A stretch of 64,000 nt of DNA. It comes from Candidatus Aminicenantes bacterium (lineage in GTDB: Bacteria; Acidobacteriota; Aminicenantia; Aminicenantales; Aminicenantaceae). The notes beneath the pieces were generated by a model that did no database searches, was not told where the DNA came from, and was given only the letters and a program-made list of their open reading frames with translations. Both the position numbers and the translations under genes were made by a program. Of this stretch, positions 16,988 to 26,136 are shown piece after piece; position 1 is the stretch's first letter; every line of letters begins with the position of its first letter. The stretch is from contig JADHWO010000003.1 in the NCBI GenBank assembly GCA_016783445.1, forward strand, positions 8,427 to 72,426, given 5' to 3'.

Positions 16988-17353
16988 ATGAGTTTTGGGT
17001 ATTATGGAATCTTAGTTATTTTAGGAGTATTCTTTCTTATTTTAATCTTTAATCCAAATCTTTCTTGCTTTGGGAAAAAAATAAAGTCACCTTTTTATCC
17101 GCTTTTTCGGAAGAAAAAGAGGAAGAAAATAAAAACAGAAGATTATGGATTTTTCCTTGTTGAAAATAAGGTTAGGCAAAAGGCGGAAGTGAAGAAAAGA
17201 GAAACAAAAATAGAAAATTATAAAACTCCCCGTATTGACGAAAATCAACAAGGGAACATATTGAAAAAAAAGAAGTTAAAGACAAGAGATTATGGGTTTT
17301 CTCTTGGTGAAAATAGCAAAGAAAAAACAGGCGAAGAAGAAGAGAAGAAATAG
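16988..17353 (+). CDS. Hypothetical small membrane protein with an internal duplicated motif
   Basis: N-terminal TM helix. KKIKTEDYGFFLVENK and KKLKTRDYGFSLGENS repeats. Lys/Glu-rich. Confidence 0.4.
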   Translation: MSFGYYGILVILGVFFLILIFNPNLSCFGKKIKSPFYPLFRKKKRKKIKTEDYGFFLVENKVRQKAEVKKRETKIENYKTPRIDENQQGNILKKKKLKTRDYGFSLGENSKEKTGEEEEKK

Positions 17354-17421
17354 AATAAAAAAAGTTCTGAAGGGCATTATTCAGAAATATTTCTTGAATT
17401 AAGTCGTAATACTGTTTCACT

Positions 17422-18174
17422 ATGAATGTTAAAAAAAGATTTTTCGCAAAAAGAGTTCGTAAAAGAGGAAAGCTAAATATTGTTTTACAAGCTTTGCTTT
17501 TTGCGCTTTTTTTCCTGCCCCTGTTTTTTATAATCCACTGCCGGCCTTCACGTATTTCCCTCCTCCCGCTTCCTTCAAGGATTGAGAGGATAGAAGGATA
17601 TGCTTCTATAAAAGTTACTGAAGAACGTGAATCAGTCAGATCTAAGTTTTTTTTCCTGTTCAAGCTCCCCCATCAAGGCAGGATCGAAGTGTTTCACATG
17701 ATGGGCAGAACCATCTATCAGATTATTGTAAATGAAGAGAAGGCGGTTTTTTTACTTCCTTCCAAAAAAATCTATTGGCAGGGAGAAGAGGAAGAAATTA
17801 TCGATAAGTTACTTGGATTCCGCCTAAACCTGTATGAGATGATAAATCTTTTAAGCGGGAAATGGGAGGATAGAGAGCTGGAGACTAAAAATGAGAAGAG
17901 CTTGGGGAGCTGGAACTTTATAAAGGACGAGAAAAGACGAATCAAGTCAGGCCAAAGAGGAGAATTTCACTTTGAAGTTAAAGAATTTTTTCAAAATACT
18001 CCATTTGCCCGCATTCTCACTTTTAATCATCTTCAGAGCAGGGGGCGCCTGAAGATACTCAACATTAACTTAAACCAGCCTATTAAAAAGGGAACTTTTT
18101 CCCTTTCTTTTTTGGATAAATATAAGCGAAAAAGTTGGGCTGAGATCGAGAAGATACTAGCTGATGAAAATTAA
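17422..18174 (+). CDS. Putative LolB-like outer-membrane lipoprotein, assigned by synteny
   Basis: Basic N-terminus plus a hydrophobic segment ending in IIHC. Sits directly upstream of and overlapping ispE, matching the conserved lolB-ispE-prs arrangement. Confidence 0.35.
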   Translation: MNVKKRFFAKRVRKRGKLNIVLQALLFALFFLPLFFIIHCRPSRISLLPLPSRIERIEGYASIKVTEERESVRSKFFFLFKLPHQGRIEVFHMMGRTIYQIIVNEEKAVFLLPSKKIYWQGEEEEIIDKLLGFRLNLYEMINLLSGKWEDRELETKNEKSLGSWNFIKDEKRRIKSGQRGEFHFEVKEFFQNTPFARILTFNHLQSRGRLKILNINLNQPIKKGTFSLSFLDKYKRKSWAEIEKILADEN

Positions 18175-19020
18175 ATCCTTTGCTAAGATAAACCTTGGAT
18201 TAGAAATTACAGGAAAAAGAAACAACGGCTACCATGAAGTCAAGACTCTTCTCCAGACGGTAGATTTTTATGATGTTTTAGAATTTAGCCCGATCAAGCG
18301 AAATAAAATTCTCCTTAAAGGAGATGAGAAAAAGATCTCTTGGGGAAAAGATAACCTTATTTTCCGGGCTGCTCTTCTCCTTAAAGAGCAGTTCCAAATA
18401 TCCAATGGGATTAAAATCCATGTTACAAAAAAAATCCCTCCAGGCAAGGGATTAGGCGGAGGAAGCTCCAATGCGGCTATGACTCTTTATGCTTTGAATA
18501 AAATCTGGGGTCTGGACCTGGGAAAGGAAGCCCTGATGGATTTAGGAAGGCATCTGGGGGCAGATGTCCCTTTTTTTCTTGAGGGAGGATTATGCTTAGG
18601 ACAGGGAAGAGGAGACGATATTTCCCCTCTCTCTGACCTTGTTTCTCTTCCCTGTTTATTGATTTTGCCCTCTTTTTCTATCAAGACCGCCAAGATTTAC
18701 GGCCATTTTCCCTCATCCTTGACTTCGAAAGACAAAGACAGTAAAATTATCAAGTTTCTAGACAGCAGAGAGCTTGGTTTATTGGAAAACAAGTTAGAAG
18801 AAACAGTTTTCTGCTTATATCCTCAACTCAAAGTTATTAAGAAACTTTTCCAGAGCCAGGGATGCGAGTTGTCTTTAGTTAGCGGGACTGGCTCAGCAGT
18901 ATATGGACTTTTTTCGGAGAAAAAAAAGGCAGAGGAGGTTTTAAAAAGGCTGAAAAAGTCATATACATTACATCTTTTAGAGACATTATCCAGGGAGCGA
19001 TACTGGAAGAGTTTGGAAAT

Positions 19021-19030
<10 letters not shown>
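18164..19030 (+). CDS. ispE: 4-diphosphocytidyl-2-C-methyl-D-erythritol kinase
   Basis: GHMP kinase motifs (KINLGLEITGKR, PPGKGLGGGSSNAA). Its stop codon lies inside the first 10 nt of tRNA-Gln. Confidence 0.85.
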
Positions 19031-19092
<62 letters not shown>

Positions 19093-19104
19093 CTAGGGAT
19101 CGAA

Positions 19105-19125
19105 AGGAGATTCCCTCCTTTTAGA
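19105..19125 (+). terminator. Weak hairpin plus short T-run downstream of tRNA-Gln
   Basis: aggag-attcc-ctcct followed by tttt. Confidence 0.25.
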
Positions 19126-19149
19126 GACAGCCATAAAAGAGGAAGATGG

Positions 19150-20097
19150 ATGAAAAAAGAAAACACAATGAAAGTGTTTACAGGATCTTCTAACCCTGCT
19201 TTAGCAAAAGAGATAGCAGATTTTTTAAAAATCGAGCTGGGTAAGTGTGTTTTAGAGCAATTCAGTGACGGCGAGATTCATTTTTATATTGATGAAAATG
19301 TTCGAGGCGAAGATGTTTTTATCATCCAGTCCGGCTCTTATGAGGCGAATTTTCATCTTGTGGAACTTTTTCTTATGATAGATGCTTTTAAACGTGCTTC
19401 TGCTGAAAGGATATCCGTTGTTATACCCTATTACTGCTATGCGCGCCAGGACTGGAAGGATAGACCTAGAGTTCCAATATCAGCGCGGCTTGTTGCAGAT
19501 TTGCTTGAGGCGTCCGGAGCCAACAGGGTTCTGACCATTGACCTTCATTCTCCCCAGATTCAGGGATTTTTCTCTATCCCTGTTGACAACTTAAGTGTTG
19601 CACCTGTTTTATCTAACTATGTTCAAAGCCTGGAGCTTAAGGATTTGACCATAATTTCCCCTGATGCCGGGGGTGTGGGGCGAGCGAGGTTTTTTGCAAA
19701 AATAGTGAGTGCTGAACTGGCGATTATAGATAAACGGAGGCCCGCGCCAAATGTAGCCAAGGTCCTCAATGTTATCGGTGAAGTGAAAGATCGTGATGTT
19801 CTCATTCTTGATGACATGGTGGATACAGGGGGCACGCTTGTTAAAAGTGCAGAGGCATTAAAGAAAGAAGGAGCCAGAAAAGTACTGGCAGCCTGCACCC
19901 ATCCTGTTTTATCGGGTAAGGCTATGGAGAAAATAGAAAACTCCTGTTTGGAAAAGCTGATCGTTACAAATACAATTCCTCTGAATGAAAGCCAGAGATC
20001 CTCCAAAAAGATTGTTCCCCTATCTGTTGCTCCGCTTTTTGGAGAAGCGATTCGAAGAATAAATAAAGGTTACTCCGTTAGTTCTTTGTTTATCTAA
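19150..20097 (+). CDS. prs: Ribose-phosphate pyrophosphokinase (PRPP synthetase)
   Basis: PRPP synthetase motifs (DLHSPQIQGFF, DDMVDTGGT). The start could be 19150 or 19168. Confidence 0.9.
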   Translation: MKKENTMKVFTGSSNPALAKEIADFLKIELGKCVLEQFSDGEIHFYIDENVRGEDVFIIQSGSYEANFHLVELFLMIDAFKRASAERISVVIPYYCYARQDWKDRPRVPISARLVADLLEASGANRVLTIDLHSPQIQGFFSIPVDNLSVAPVLSNYVQSLELKDLTIISPDAGGVGRARFFAKIVSAELAIIDKRRPAPNVAKVLNVIGEVKDRDVLILDDMVDTGGTLVKSAEALKKEGARKVLAACTHPVLSGKAMEKIENSCLEKLIVTNTIPLNESQRSSKKIVPLSVAPLFGEAIRRINKGYSVSSLFI

Positions 20098-20110
20098 GGA
20101 GGAGATCCAG

Positions 20111-20842
20111 ATGAGTTTTAAGATAAAAGCTGAAAAAAGAGAAGTTTTTGGTAAAAATGCGTCTCGTCGATTAAGAAGAGAAGGAATGATGCCTGCTATT
20201 TTCTATGGGGCCCAGAATGTCAATATCCCCCTGACTTTAAACAAAAAAGATATCTTCATGATTTTGAAGTCTGACACAGGCGAGAATACAGTTTTTCAGA
20301 TCTCGTTTGACTCTGAGATAAAAGATGCAATGATAAAAGAGTTACAAAGAAATCCTGTGACTGATGAAATTCTTCATGCGGATTTTATTCATATCGCAAT
20401 GGATAAAGCCATTCGAGTTTCTGTGCCGGTTGCTGCAGTAGGAGAGGCAGTGGGAGTCAAGACAGAAGGAGGATTTGTTGATTTTATAAACAGAGAAGTT
20501 GAGGTTGAGTGTTTTCCCAAGGATATCCCAGAGCATATTGAAATAGATATAAGCAACCTCCATCTCCGCCAGTCTTTTAAGGTAGAAGATCTCGTTCTGC
20601 AGGAGGGGATACAAGTCATTAGTGATCCGGAAACTATCTTGGTACTCGTCGAGGTTCCGGCTAAGGAAGAAGAGATAGCAGTGGCAAAAGAAGAAGAGGA
20701 AGAGATAATTTCTGAGGGAGAAGAACCCGAAATCATTAAGAAAGAAAAAGAAGAGGTGGAGGAAGAGGCAGAAGAAGAAAAGGAAGAACCCGAGCTTATC
20801 AAGAAAGAAAAAGGAGAGAAAAAAGAAAAGAAGGAGGAGTAA
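20111..20842 (+). CDS. rplY: 50S ribosomal protein L25/general stress protein Ctc with an acidic C-terminal extension
   Basis: L25/Ctc N-terminal and beta-barrel domains. ~60-aa E/K-rich tail. Confidence 0.85.
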   Translation: MSFKIKAEKREVFGKNASRRLRREGMMPAIFYGAQNVNIPLTLNKKDIFMILKSDTGENTVFQISFDSEIKDAMIKELQRNPVTDEILHADFIHIAMDKAIRVSVPVAAVGEAVGVKTEGGFVDFINREVEVECFPKDIPEHIEIDISNLHLRQSFKVEDLVLQEGIQVISDPETILVLVEVPAKEEEIAVAKEEEEEIISEGEEPEIIKKEKEEVEEEAEEEKEEPELIKKEKGEKKEKKEE

Positions 20843-20845
20843 TTT

Positions 20846-21427
20846 TTGTGGGCAGTTGTTGGACTGGGGAATCCAGGGAGGCTGTACGCCGGCACAAGGC
20901 ATAATGCGGGATTCGCCTTTATAAAAAGAATAGCCAAGGAGTGGAAAGTTAAGTTGAGGAAAAAAAGATATTTTTCAAAAGTTGTTGAGATAAAAAAGGA
21001 AAAGGAAAGAGTTCTTTTGGCAACCCCCCATACTTACATGAATAAAAGCGGCCTGGCTGTGAAGAATATTTTAGAAGTGAGGGGCATTAAGCCTGAGCGT
21101 CTTATTGTTGTTTTTGATGATTTGGATATTCCTCTGGGAGAAATTAGGATTAGAAAAAGAGGAGGGCCTGGAACCCATAAAGGAATGAATTCTATTGTCC
21201 AGGAGATACAGACAACAGAATATCCAAGGATAAGAGTTGGGATTGGCCCTTTAGAGCCGGATGAGGATGCAGTCAATTATGTGCTTTCTCCATTTGATAA
21301 GTCAGAAGAGCCTCTTCTGGAAGAGGGCTTGAAGAAAGCCCAAGAGGCCCTGGAGATGATTTTGTCAGGAAATGTGGAAGAGGCGATGAATATATATAAT
21401 AAAAGAAGGAAGACCCTGAATAGTTAA
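20846..21427 (+). CDS. pth: Peptidyl-tRNA hydrolase
   Basis: VVGLGNPG...RHNAGF motif. Apparent TTG start 6 nt after the strong SD aaggaggag. Confidence 0.9.
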   Translation: MWAVVGLGNPGRLYAGTRHNAGFAFIKRIAKEWKVKLRKKRYFSKVVEIKKEKERVLLATPHTYMNKSGLAVKNILEVRGIKPERLIVVFDDLDIPLGEIRIRKRGGPGTHKGMNSIVQEIQTTEYPRIRVGIGPLEPDEDAVNYVLSPFDKSEEPLLEEGLKKAQEALEMILSGNVEEAMNIYNKRRKTLNS

Positions 21428-21437
21428 ACCTGAAAGC

Positions 21438-21481
21438 TAAAGAAGGCTATAGAGTGAAAGGGCTCCTTGTTCCTTCTTTTT
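21438..21481 (+). terminator. Hairpin with T-run after pth and upstream of the rpsF leader
   Basis: aaagaagg...ccttcttt stem followed by tttt. Confidence 0.3.
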
Positions 21482-21515
21482 AAAGAAGGAGCTTTAAATC
21501 CATAAGGAGGTTTAA

Positions 21516-21947
21516 ATGAGTCAATACGAAACAGCTTTTCTGATTTCTCCCAACCTGGAAGAAGAAGAGACCTCAAAAATCATTTCTCAAATGCTAAATA
21601 TTGTTTCCAAGAAAAAAGGGAAAATGATCAAGGAAGACAGATGGGGGAAAAGGAAACTTGCTTATCCAATCAACAAGTTTGAAGAGGCTTTTTATGTTTT
21701 TTTTCACTATGAAGGAGAACCGGATATTCCTTTTGAGCTGGAAAGGCACTTTAGACAATCAGAGGCCATTTTGCGTTTTTTGACCGTGAGGAAGGAGAAA
21801 AAAGAGAATGTGCGAAAAAAGAAAAAAGGAATACCGGAACCTGAAAAGACTGCAGCTCTTAAAGAAGAAGAAATCATAAAAACAGAGGAGGCAGGTCAAG
21901 AAGATATCCCTTCCCCAGAAACAAAAGAAGAGGAGAAGGAAAAATGA
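21516..21947 (+). CDS. rpsF: 30S ribosomal protein S6 with a charged C-terminal extension
   Basis: [18 protein letters not shown]...[11 protein letters not shown] is the S6 fold signature. ~45-aa K/E tail. Confidence 0.85.
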   Translation: MSQYETAFLISPNLEEEETSKIISQMLNIVSKKKGKMIKEDRWGKRKLAYPINKFEEAFYVFFHYEGEPDIPFELERHFRQSEAILRFLTVRKEKKENVRKKKKGIPEPEKTAALKEEEIIKTEEAGQEDIPSPETKEEEKEK

Positions 21948-22201
21948 TAAGAGAACAAAGGAGTAATAGAGGGGCATTTAGGAAATATTTTCCACCCAGG
22001 AAAAAATTCTGCCGTTTTTGTCAAAAGAATATAAAAGAGGTCGATTATAAAAATGTTGACATCTTGAAGAAGTATGTCTTAGAAAGAGGCAAGATCTCTC
22101 CTCGGCGGATTACTGGAACATGTGCTTTTCATCAGAGGAGGCTGGCAACAGCAATAAAGAGAGCTCGCTTGCTGGCTTTGCTTCCTTATGTGGAAGATTA
22201 G
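21944..22201 (+). CDS. rpsR: 30S ribosomal protein S18
   Basis: KFCRFC...[29 protein letters not shown] overlap with rpsF. No ssb/priB between rpsF and rpsR. Confidence 0.9.
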   Translation: MIREQRSNRGAFRKYFPPRKKFCRFCQKNIKEVDYKNVDILKKYVLERGKISPRRITGTCAFHQRRLATAIKRARLLALLPYVED

Positions 22202-22228
22202 AAAAAGAGCTTAATAATCGGAGGAAAG

Positions 22229-23158
22229 ATGAAAGTTATCCTGAAACAAGATATGGAAAACATTGGAAGACGTGGGGATATTGTGGACGTGGCCCCAGGA
22301 TATGGCAGAAATTATCTTATCCCAAAAAATTTAGCCCTTGAGGTCACTTCATCTAATATGAAGATGATAGAAATAGAGAGGCAAGCTCTGAAAAAGAAAC
22401 TCGAGAAAGAGAGAGAGTCTTATCAAGACTTTATTGAAAAACTTAAGGAGACTACAGTTACTTTTAAAAGAAAAGCTGGGGAAAAGGACGTCATTTTTGG
22501 ATCTGTAAGTTCTTCAGATATAAAAGATGCACTTCTTGAATTGGGCTTTGAAATTGACAAAAAGAAGATTTTAATAGAGGAACCCATAAAAAGATTGGGA
22601 AATTACTCAGTGCCAATAAAAATCTTCCACGAAGATCGAGCAGAGATAAAGGTTGAAGTAAAAAGAGAGGGAGAAGAGCTAATAGAGGAGAAGGAAAAAG
22701 AAGAAAAGAAAAGCCCGGGAGAGGAAATAGAGACAGCTACAGAAGAGAAAGTTGTGTCGAAAAAAGAGGAAAAGGAAGAGATCAAAGAAACTGTCCAGGA
22801 AGAGAAAAAAAGAGAACAAGAGAAAAAGGCTGCAGAAGCAGGGCAGGAAGCCGCAGAAAAGAAAGCAGAGGCAGCAGAGGAGAAAACAGAGCCGGGAAAG
22901 GAGGAAGAGGTGAAAGCCAAAAAGGCAGCTAAGGAAGAGCAAAAAGAAGAACAGGAAATAGTCCCAAAAAAGGAAGCACAAAAAACCAAGGAGGAATTGT
23001 TATTAGAATTAGAAGGGGAAAAGAAGAAAGAAGAAAAACAAGAAAAAGAGAAATCCGAGGAAGAAAAGACGAAAGGTCCCAAAGAAGAAGAAACAAAACC
23101 TGATAAAAAAGAGCGAAAAAAAGAAAAACAGGAAAAAGAGGCGGCATCCAAAAAGTAG
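22229..23158 (+). CDS. rplI: 50S ribosomal protein L9 with a ~160-aa K/E-rich low-complexity C-terminal extension
   Basis: MKVILKQDMENIGRRGDIVDVAPGYGRNYLIPKNLA is the L9 N-domain. The canonical protein ends near residue 150 and is followed by EEKEKEEKK... repeats. Confidence 0.85.
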   Translation: MKVILKQDMENIGRRGDIVDVAPGYGRNYLIPKNLALEVTSSNMKMIEIERQALKKKLEKERESYQDFIEKLKETTVTFKRKAGEKDVIFGSVSSSDIKDALLELGFEIDKKKILIEEPIKRLGNYSVPIKIFHEDRAEIKVEVKREGEELIEEKEKEEKKSPGEEIETATEEKVVSKKEEKEEIKETVQEEKKREQEKKAAEAGQEAAEKKAEAAEEKTEPGKEEEVKAKKAAKEEQKEEQEIVPKKEAQKTKEELLLELEGEKKKEEKQEKEKSEEEKTKGPKEEETKPDKKERKKEKQEKEAASKK

Positions 23159-23179
23159 GGATTACAAAGGAGGGGAAAA

Positions 23180-24535
23180 ATGGAACTTGACTTAATGTTG
23201 TTGAAAAAAACCCCTCCCCATAGTCTTGAAGCTGAGAAGACAGTTCTGGGAGGGATTCTAGTAAATAATAAAAATTTAAATGTAGTCCTTTCAATCATCA
23301 CCCCAGAGGATTTTTATAAAGAGGCTAACCGGAAGATTGTTAATAAGATTACTTCTTTAGTTGATAAGGGACTTCCAGTTGATGTTGTCACCTTGAGCGA
23401 GGAGCTTCAAAAGGAAGGGGTGCTTGATGATATTGGAGGAGCATCTTACATCTCCTCCCTGATGGACGGAATTCCCAAGAGTTTAAATGTTGAGTTCTAT
23501 GCGCAGATTATTAAGGAAAAATCTCTATTAAGACAGCTCATCCTTTCTTCTGTTAAGATAATCTCCACAAGCTATGAACAAAAAGAAGATGCTGATTTGC
23601 TTTTGGATGAAGCTCAGGCCGCAATTATTGAAGTGACTGAACAGAGGATAAAGCCAGGCTTTGTCCCTGTGGGCACGCTGACCGCAACCACCTTGGATAT
23701 GGTTAAAGCCCTCCATGATCGTAAGGAATCAGTCACAGGAGTACCAACAGGTTTTAGGGACTTGGATGGATTGACAGCAGGCTTTCATAATTCTGAGTTT
23801 ATAGTAGTTGCCGCGCGCCCTTCAATGGGAAAAACAGCTCTATGCTTGAATATCTCTCAATATGCAAGTCTGAAAACAGATTATTCCATCGGATTTTTTT
23901 CTCTTGAAATGGCCAAGGAGCAAGTTGTGATCCGCTTGCTCTGTGCCGAGGCTCAGTTAGACATCAAGAAAGTCAGGACAGGCTTTATAGGAGAAAGAGA
24001 CTTCGAGAAACTCAAGCTAGGGGCCGAAGTTCTTTCTCAAGCAAAAATATTTGTGGACGAAAGCCCTGCTTTGACGGTCATGGAGATGAAAGCCAAAGCA
24101 CGAAGGCTCAAGATGGAGCGGAATCTTGACTTGATGTTTGTTGATTATATGCAGCTTATGCGGCCTGGAGGAAGGTTTGAGAATAGAACGCAAGAAATGT
24201 CCTACATCTCGCGTTCATTAAAAGAATTAGCTAAGGAGATTAAAATACCTGTTGTAGGGATTTCCCAGCTGAGCCGTGCTCCAGAAAGGGGCCGTCGTGA
24301 GCCTATCCCCCAGCTCTCGGACCTGAGGGAATCAGGGGCTATTGAGCAAGATGCTGATGTTGTGATCTTTATCTACCGCCCTGAATTATATCGTCCTGAT
24401 GACGAGAGCATCAGAGGAATAGCCAAAGTTAATGTTGCCAAACAGAGAAATGGGCCAATAGGAAGAATAGAGCTTGCCTTCATAAAGGAATATGCTCGAT
24501 TTGCTGATATGGAATTTGCTTCATTTAAGACTTAA
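23180..24535 (+). CDS. dnaB: Replicative DNA helicase
   Basis: DnaB N-domain plus RecA-like domain with Walker A ARPSMGKT. Classic rpsF-rpsR-rplI-dnaB synteny. Confidence 0.9.
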   Translation: MELDLMLLKKTPPHSLEAEKTVLGGILVNNKNLNVVLSIITPEDFYKEANRKIVNKITSLVDKGLPVDVVTLSEELQKEGVLDDIGGASYISSLMDGIPKSLNVEFYAQIIKEKSLLRQLILSSVKIISTSYEQKEDADLLLDEAQAAIIEVTEQRIKPGFVPVGTLTATTLDMVKALHDRKESVTGVPTGFRDLDGLTAGFHNSEFIVVAARPSMGKTALCLNISQYASLKTDYSIGFFSLEMAKEQVVIRLLCAEAQLDIKKVRTGFIGERDFEKLKLGAEVLSQAKIFVDESPALTVMEMKAKARRLKMERNLDLMFVDYMQLMRPGGRFENRTQEMSYISRSLKELAKEIKIPVVGISQLSRAPERGRREPIPQLSDLRESGAIEQDADVVIFIYRPELYRPDDESIRGIAKVNVAKQRNGPIGRIELAFIKEYARFADMEFASFKT

Positions 24536-24537
24536 AA

Positions 24538-25320
24538 ATGTTCATGCAAGCAAAATCCCCTTTTCTCTATTTTTCTTCCTTTTTTCAGCAAGCGGGAGAA
24601 GTGGGGCTACTGCTGTTTAAGACGTTCAAGAATCTGTTTAAAAAACCCTGGGAGAAAAAAATATTCCTTCAGCAGCTTGAGGAAGTTGGTATCAAGTCTC
24701 TTCCTGTTGTCTCTCTCACCGCAGCCTTTGGGGGTCTCGTTTTTGGACTTCAAACATATGTGGGCTTTCACAGATATATAGGTCCCGGGTCAGAAACTTA
24801 TGGAGGCCCGATCATTTCTCTGGGCCTTTCCAAAGAATTAATTCCTATCCTGGTGGGTTTGATGGTATCAGGACGTGTGGGTTCAGCCATTGCTGCGGAG
24901 ATTGGGACAATGAAGATTACAGAACAAATTGATGCTCTCTTCAGCTTGGGAGCTAATCCCATACGCTACCTTGTAGTCCCTAGAACCCTGGCTTGTATGA
25001 TCATGCTTCCTTGCCTGACTATATATGGGGATATAATAGGAACTGCTGGAGGCCTTTTCTATAATGTTTATATTATGGGAGTGAACAGAGTTCTTTACAT
25101 CCGATATACATTACTTTATATTCAGATGTGGGATGTCTTGAGCGGGCTTATAAAGGCCGCGATTTTTGGCATTGTCATTGCCATAATAGGCTGTTGGCAG
25201 GGATTAAAAACAGAGGGTGGTGCAGAAGGAGTGGGAAAAGCTACGACTCAGACAGTTGTTGTGGCGAGTATTATCATTTTAATCATTAATTTTTTTCTCA
25301 GTAAAGCTCTACCCGGGTAA
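24538..25320 (+). CDS. mlaE: Mla-pathway ABC transporter permease
   Basis: 260-aa polytopic MlaE/YrbE family. Confidence 0.8.
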   Translation: MFMQAKSPFLYFSSFFQQAGEVGLLLFKTFKNLFKKPWEKKIFLQQLEEVGIKSLPVVSLTAAFGGLVFGLQTYVGFHRYIGPGSETYGGPIISLGLSKELIPILVGLMVSGRVGSAIAAEIGTMKITEQIDALFSLGANPIRYLVVPRTLACMIMLPCLTIYGDIIGTAGGLFYNVYIMGVNRVLYIRYTLLYIQMWDVLSGLIKAAIFGIVIAIIGCWQGLKTEGGAEGVGKATTQTVVVASIIILIINFFLSKALPG

Positions 25321-25327
25321 TCAGCCG

Positions 25328-26074
25328 ATGATTCGAGTCATCGATCTACATATTGCTTTTGGCCAGAATAAAGTTCTTCGTGGGATTAATTTAACTCTTA
25401 AAAAGGGAGAGACTCTGGTTGTTATTGGCCAGAGCGGCTCGGGTAAAAGCGTCCTGATCAGACACTTGATTGGACTCATCAAGCCAGACAAAGGAGAGAT
25501 TTATATAGATGGTGTTGAGATCACCCGCCTCAAAGATGATGAGCTTCATAAAATCACCCGGAGGTTTGGATTGCTATTTCAAGGAACCGCGCTTTTTGAT
25601 TCTATGACAGTTGCTCAGAATGTAAGCTTTGGATTGGAAAGATACACAGATCTTTCGCGTGAAGAGATCCAAGAGAGAGTGAATGAGAATTTAGCACTTG
25701 TCGGATTAAGAGGAATTGAAAACCTTATGCCCCATGAGCTTAGTGGAGGAATGAAAAAAAGAGTCGGCTTGGCCCGGGCGATTGCATACCGGCCGGATAT
25801 CATTCTTTATGATGAACCTTCCACCGGAATCGATCCGATCAGGGCAGATGCTATAAATGATTTAATTATTAGGATGAAGCACGAGCTAAATGTATCCACA
25901 GTCATAATAACGCATGATATGACCAGCGCTTATAAGGTTGCGGATAAAATAGCAATGCTTTATGCAGGAAGAATTATTGAGGAGGGAGTTCCTGCGGATA
26001 TTAAGAAATCGCAAAATCCTGTGGTCCAGCAGTTTATTCGTGGCCGGGCAAAAGGACCTATTGCAAAATGGTAA
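25328..26074 (+). CDS. mlaF: Mla-pathway ABC transporter ATP-binding protein
   Basis: Walker A GQSGSGKS, LSGGMKKRVGLARA signature, Walker B ILYDEPST. Confidence 0.85.
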   Translation: MIRVIDLHIAFGQNKVLRGINLTLKKGETLVVIGQSGSGKSVLIRHLIGLIKPDKGEIYIDGVEITRLKDDELHKITRRFGLLFQGTALFDSMTVAQNVSFGLERYTDLSREEIQERVNENLALVGLRGIENLMPHELSGGMKKRVGLARAIAYRPDIILYDEPSTGIDPIRADAINDLIIRMKHELNVSTVIITHDMTSAYKVADKIAMLYAGRIIEEGVPADIKKSQNPVVQQFIRGRAKGPIAKW

Positions 26075-26136
26075 TAAATAGTATTAAAAGTATTTAAAAA
26101 AATTAACGGGATAATTTATAAAATAAGGGAAGGATA

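Noticed and set aside
20342-20937. Minus-strand ORFs of 182-186 aa antisense to the rplY tail and pth start
   Set aside because: They are the mirror image of the E/K-rich low-complexity rplY C-terminal coding region. S/F/L-rich with no start context, so spurious.
22603-23301. Minus-strand ORFs (100-232 aa) antisense to the L9 K/E-rich extension and dnaB start
   Set aside because: Low-complexity F/S/L-rich translations produced by the reverse complement of GAA/AAG-rich codons. They overlap well-supported genes.
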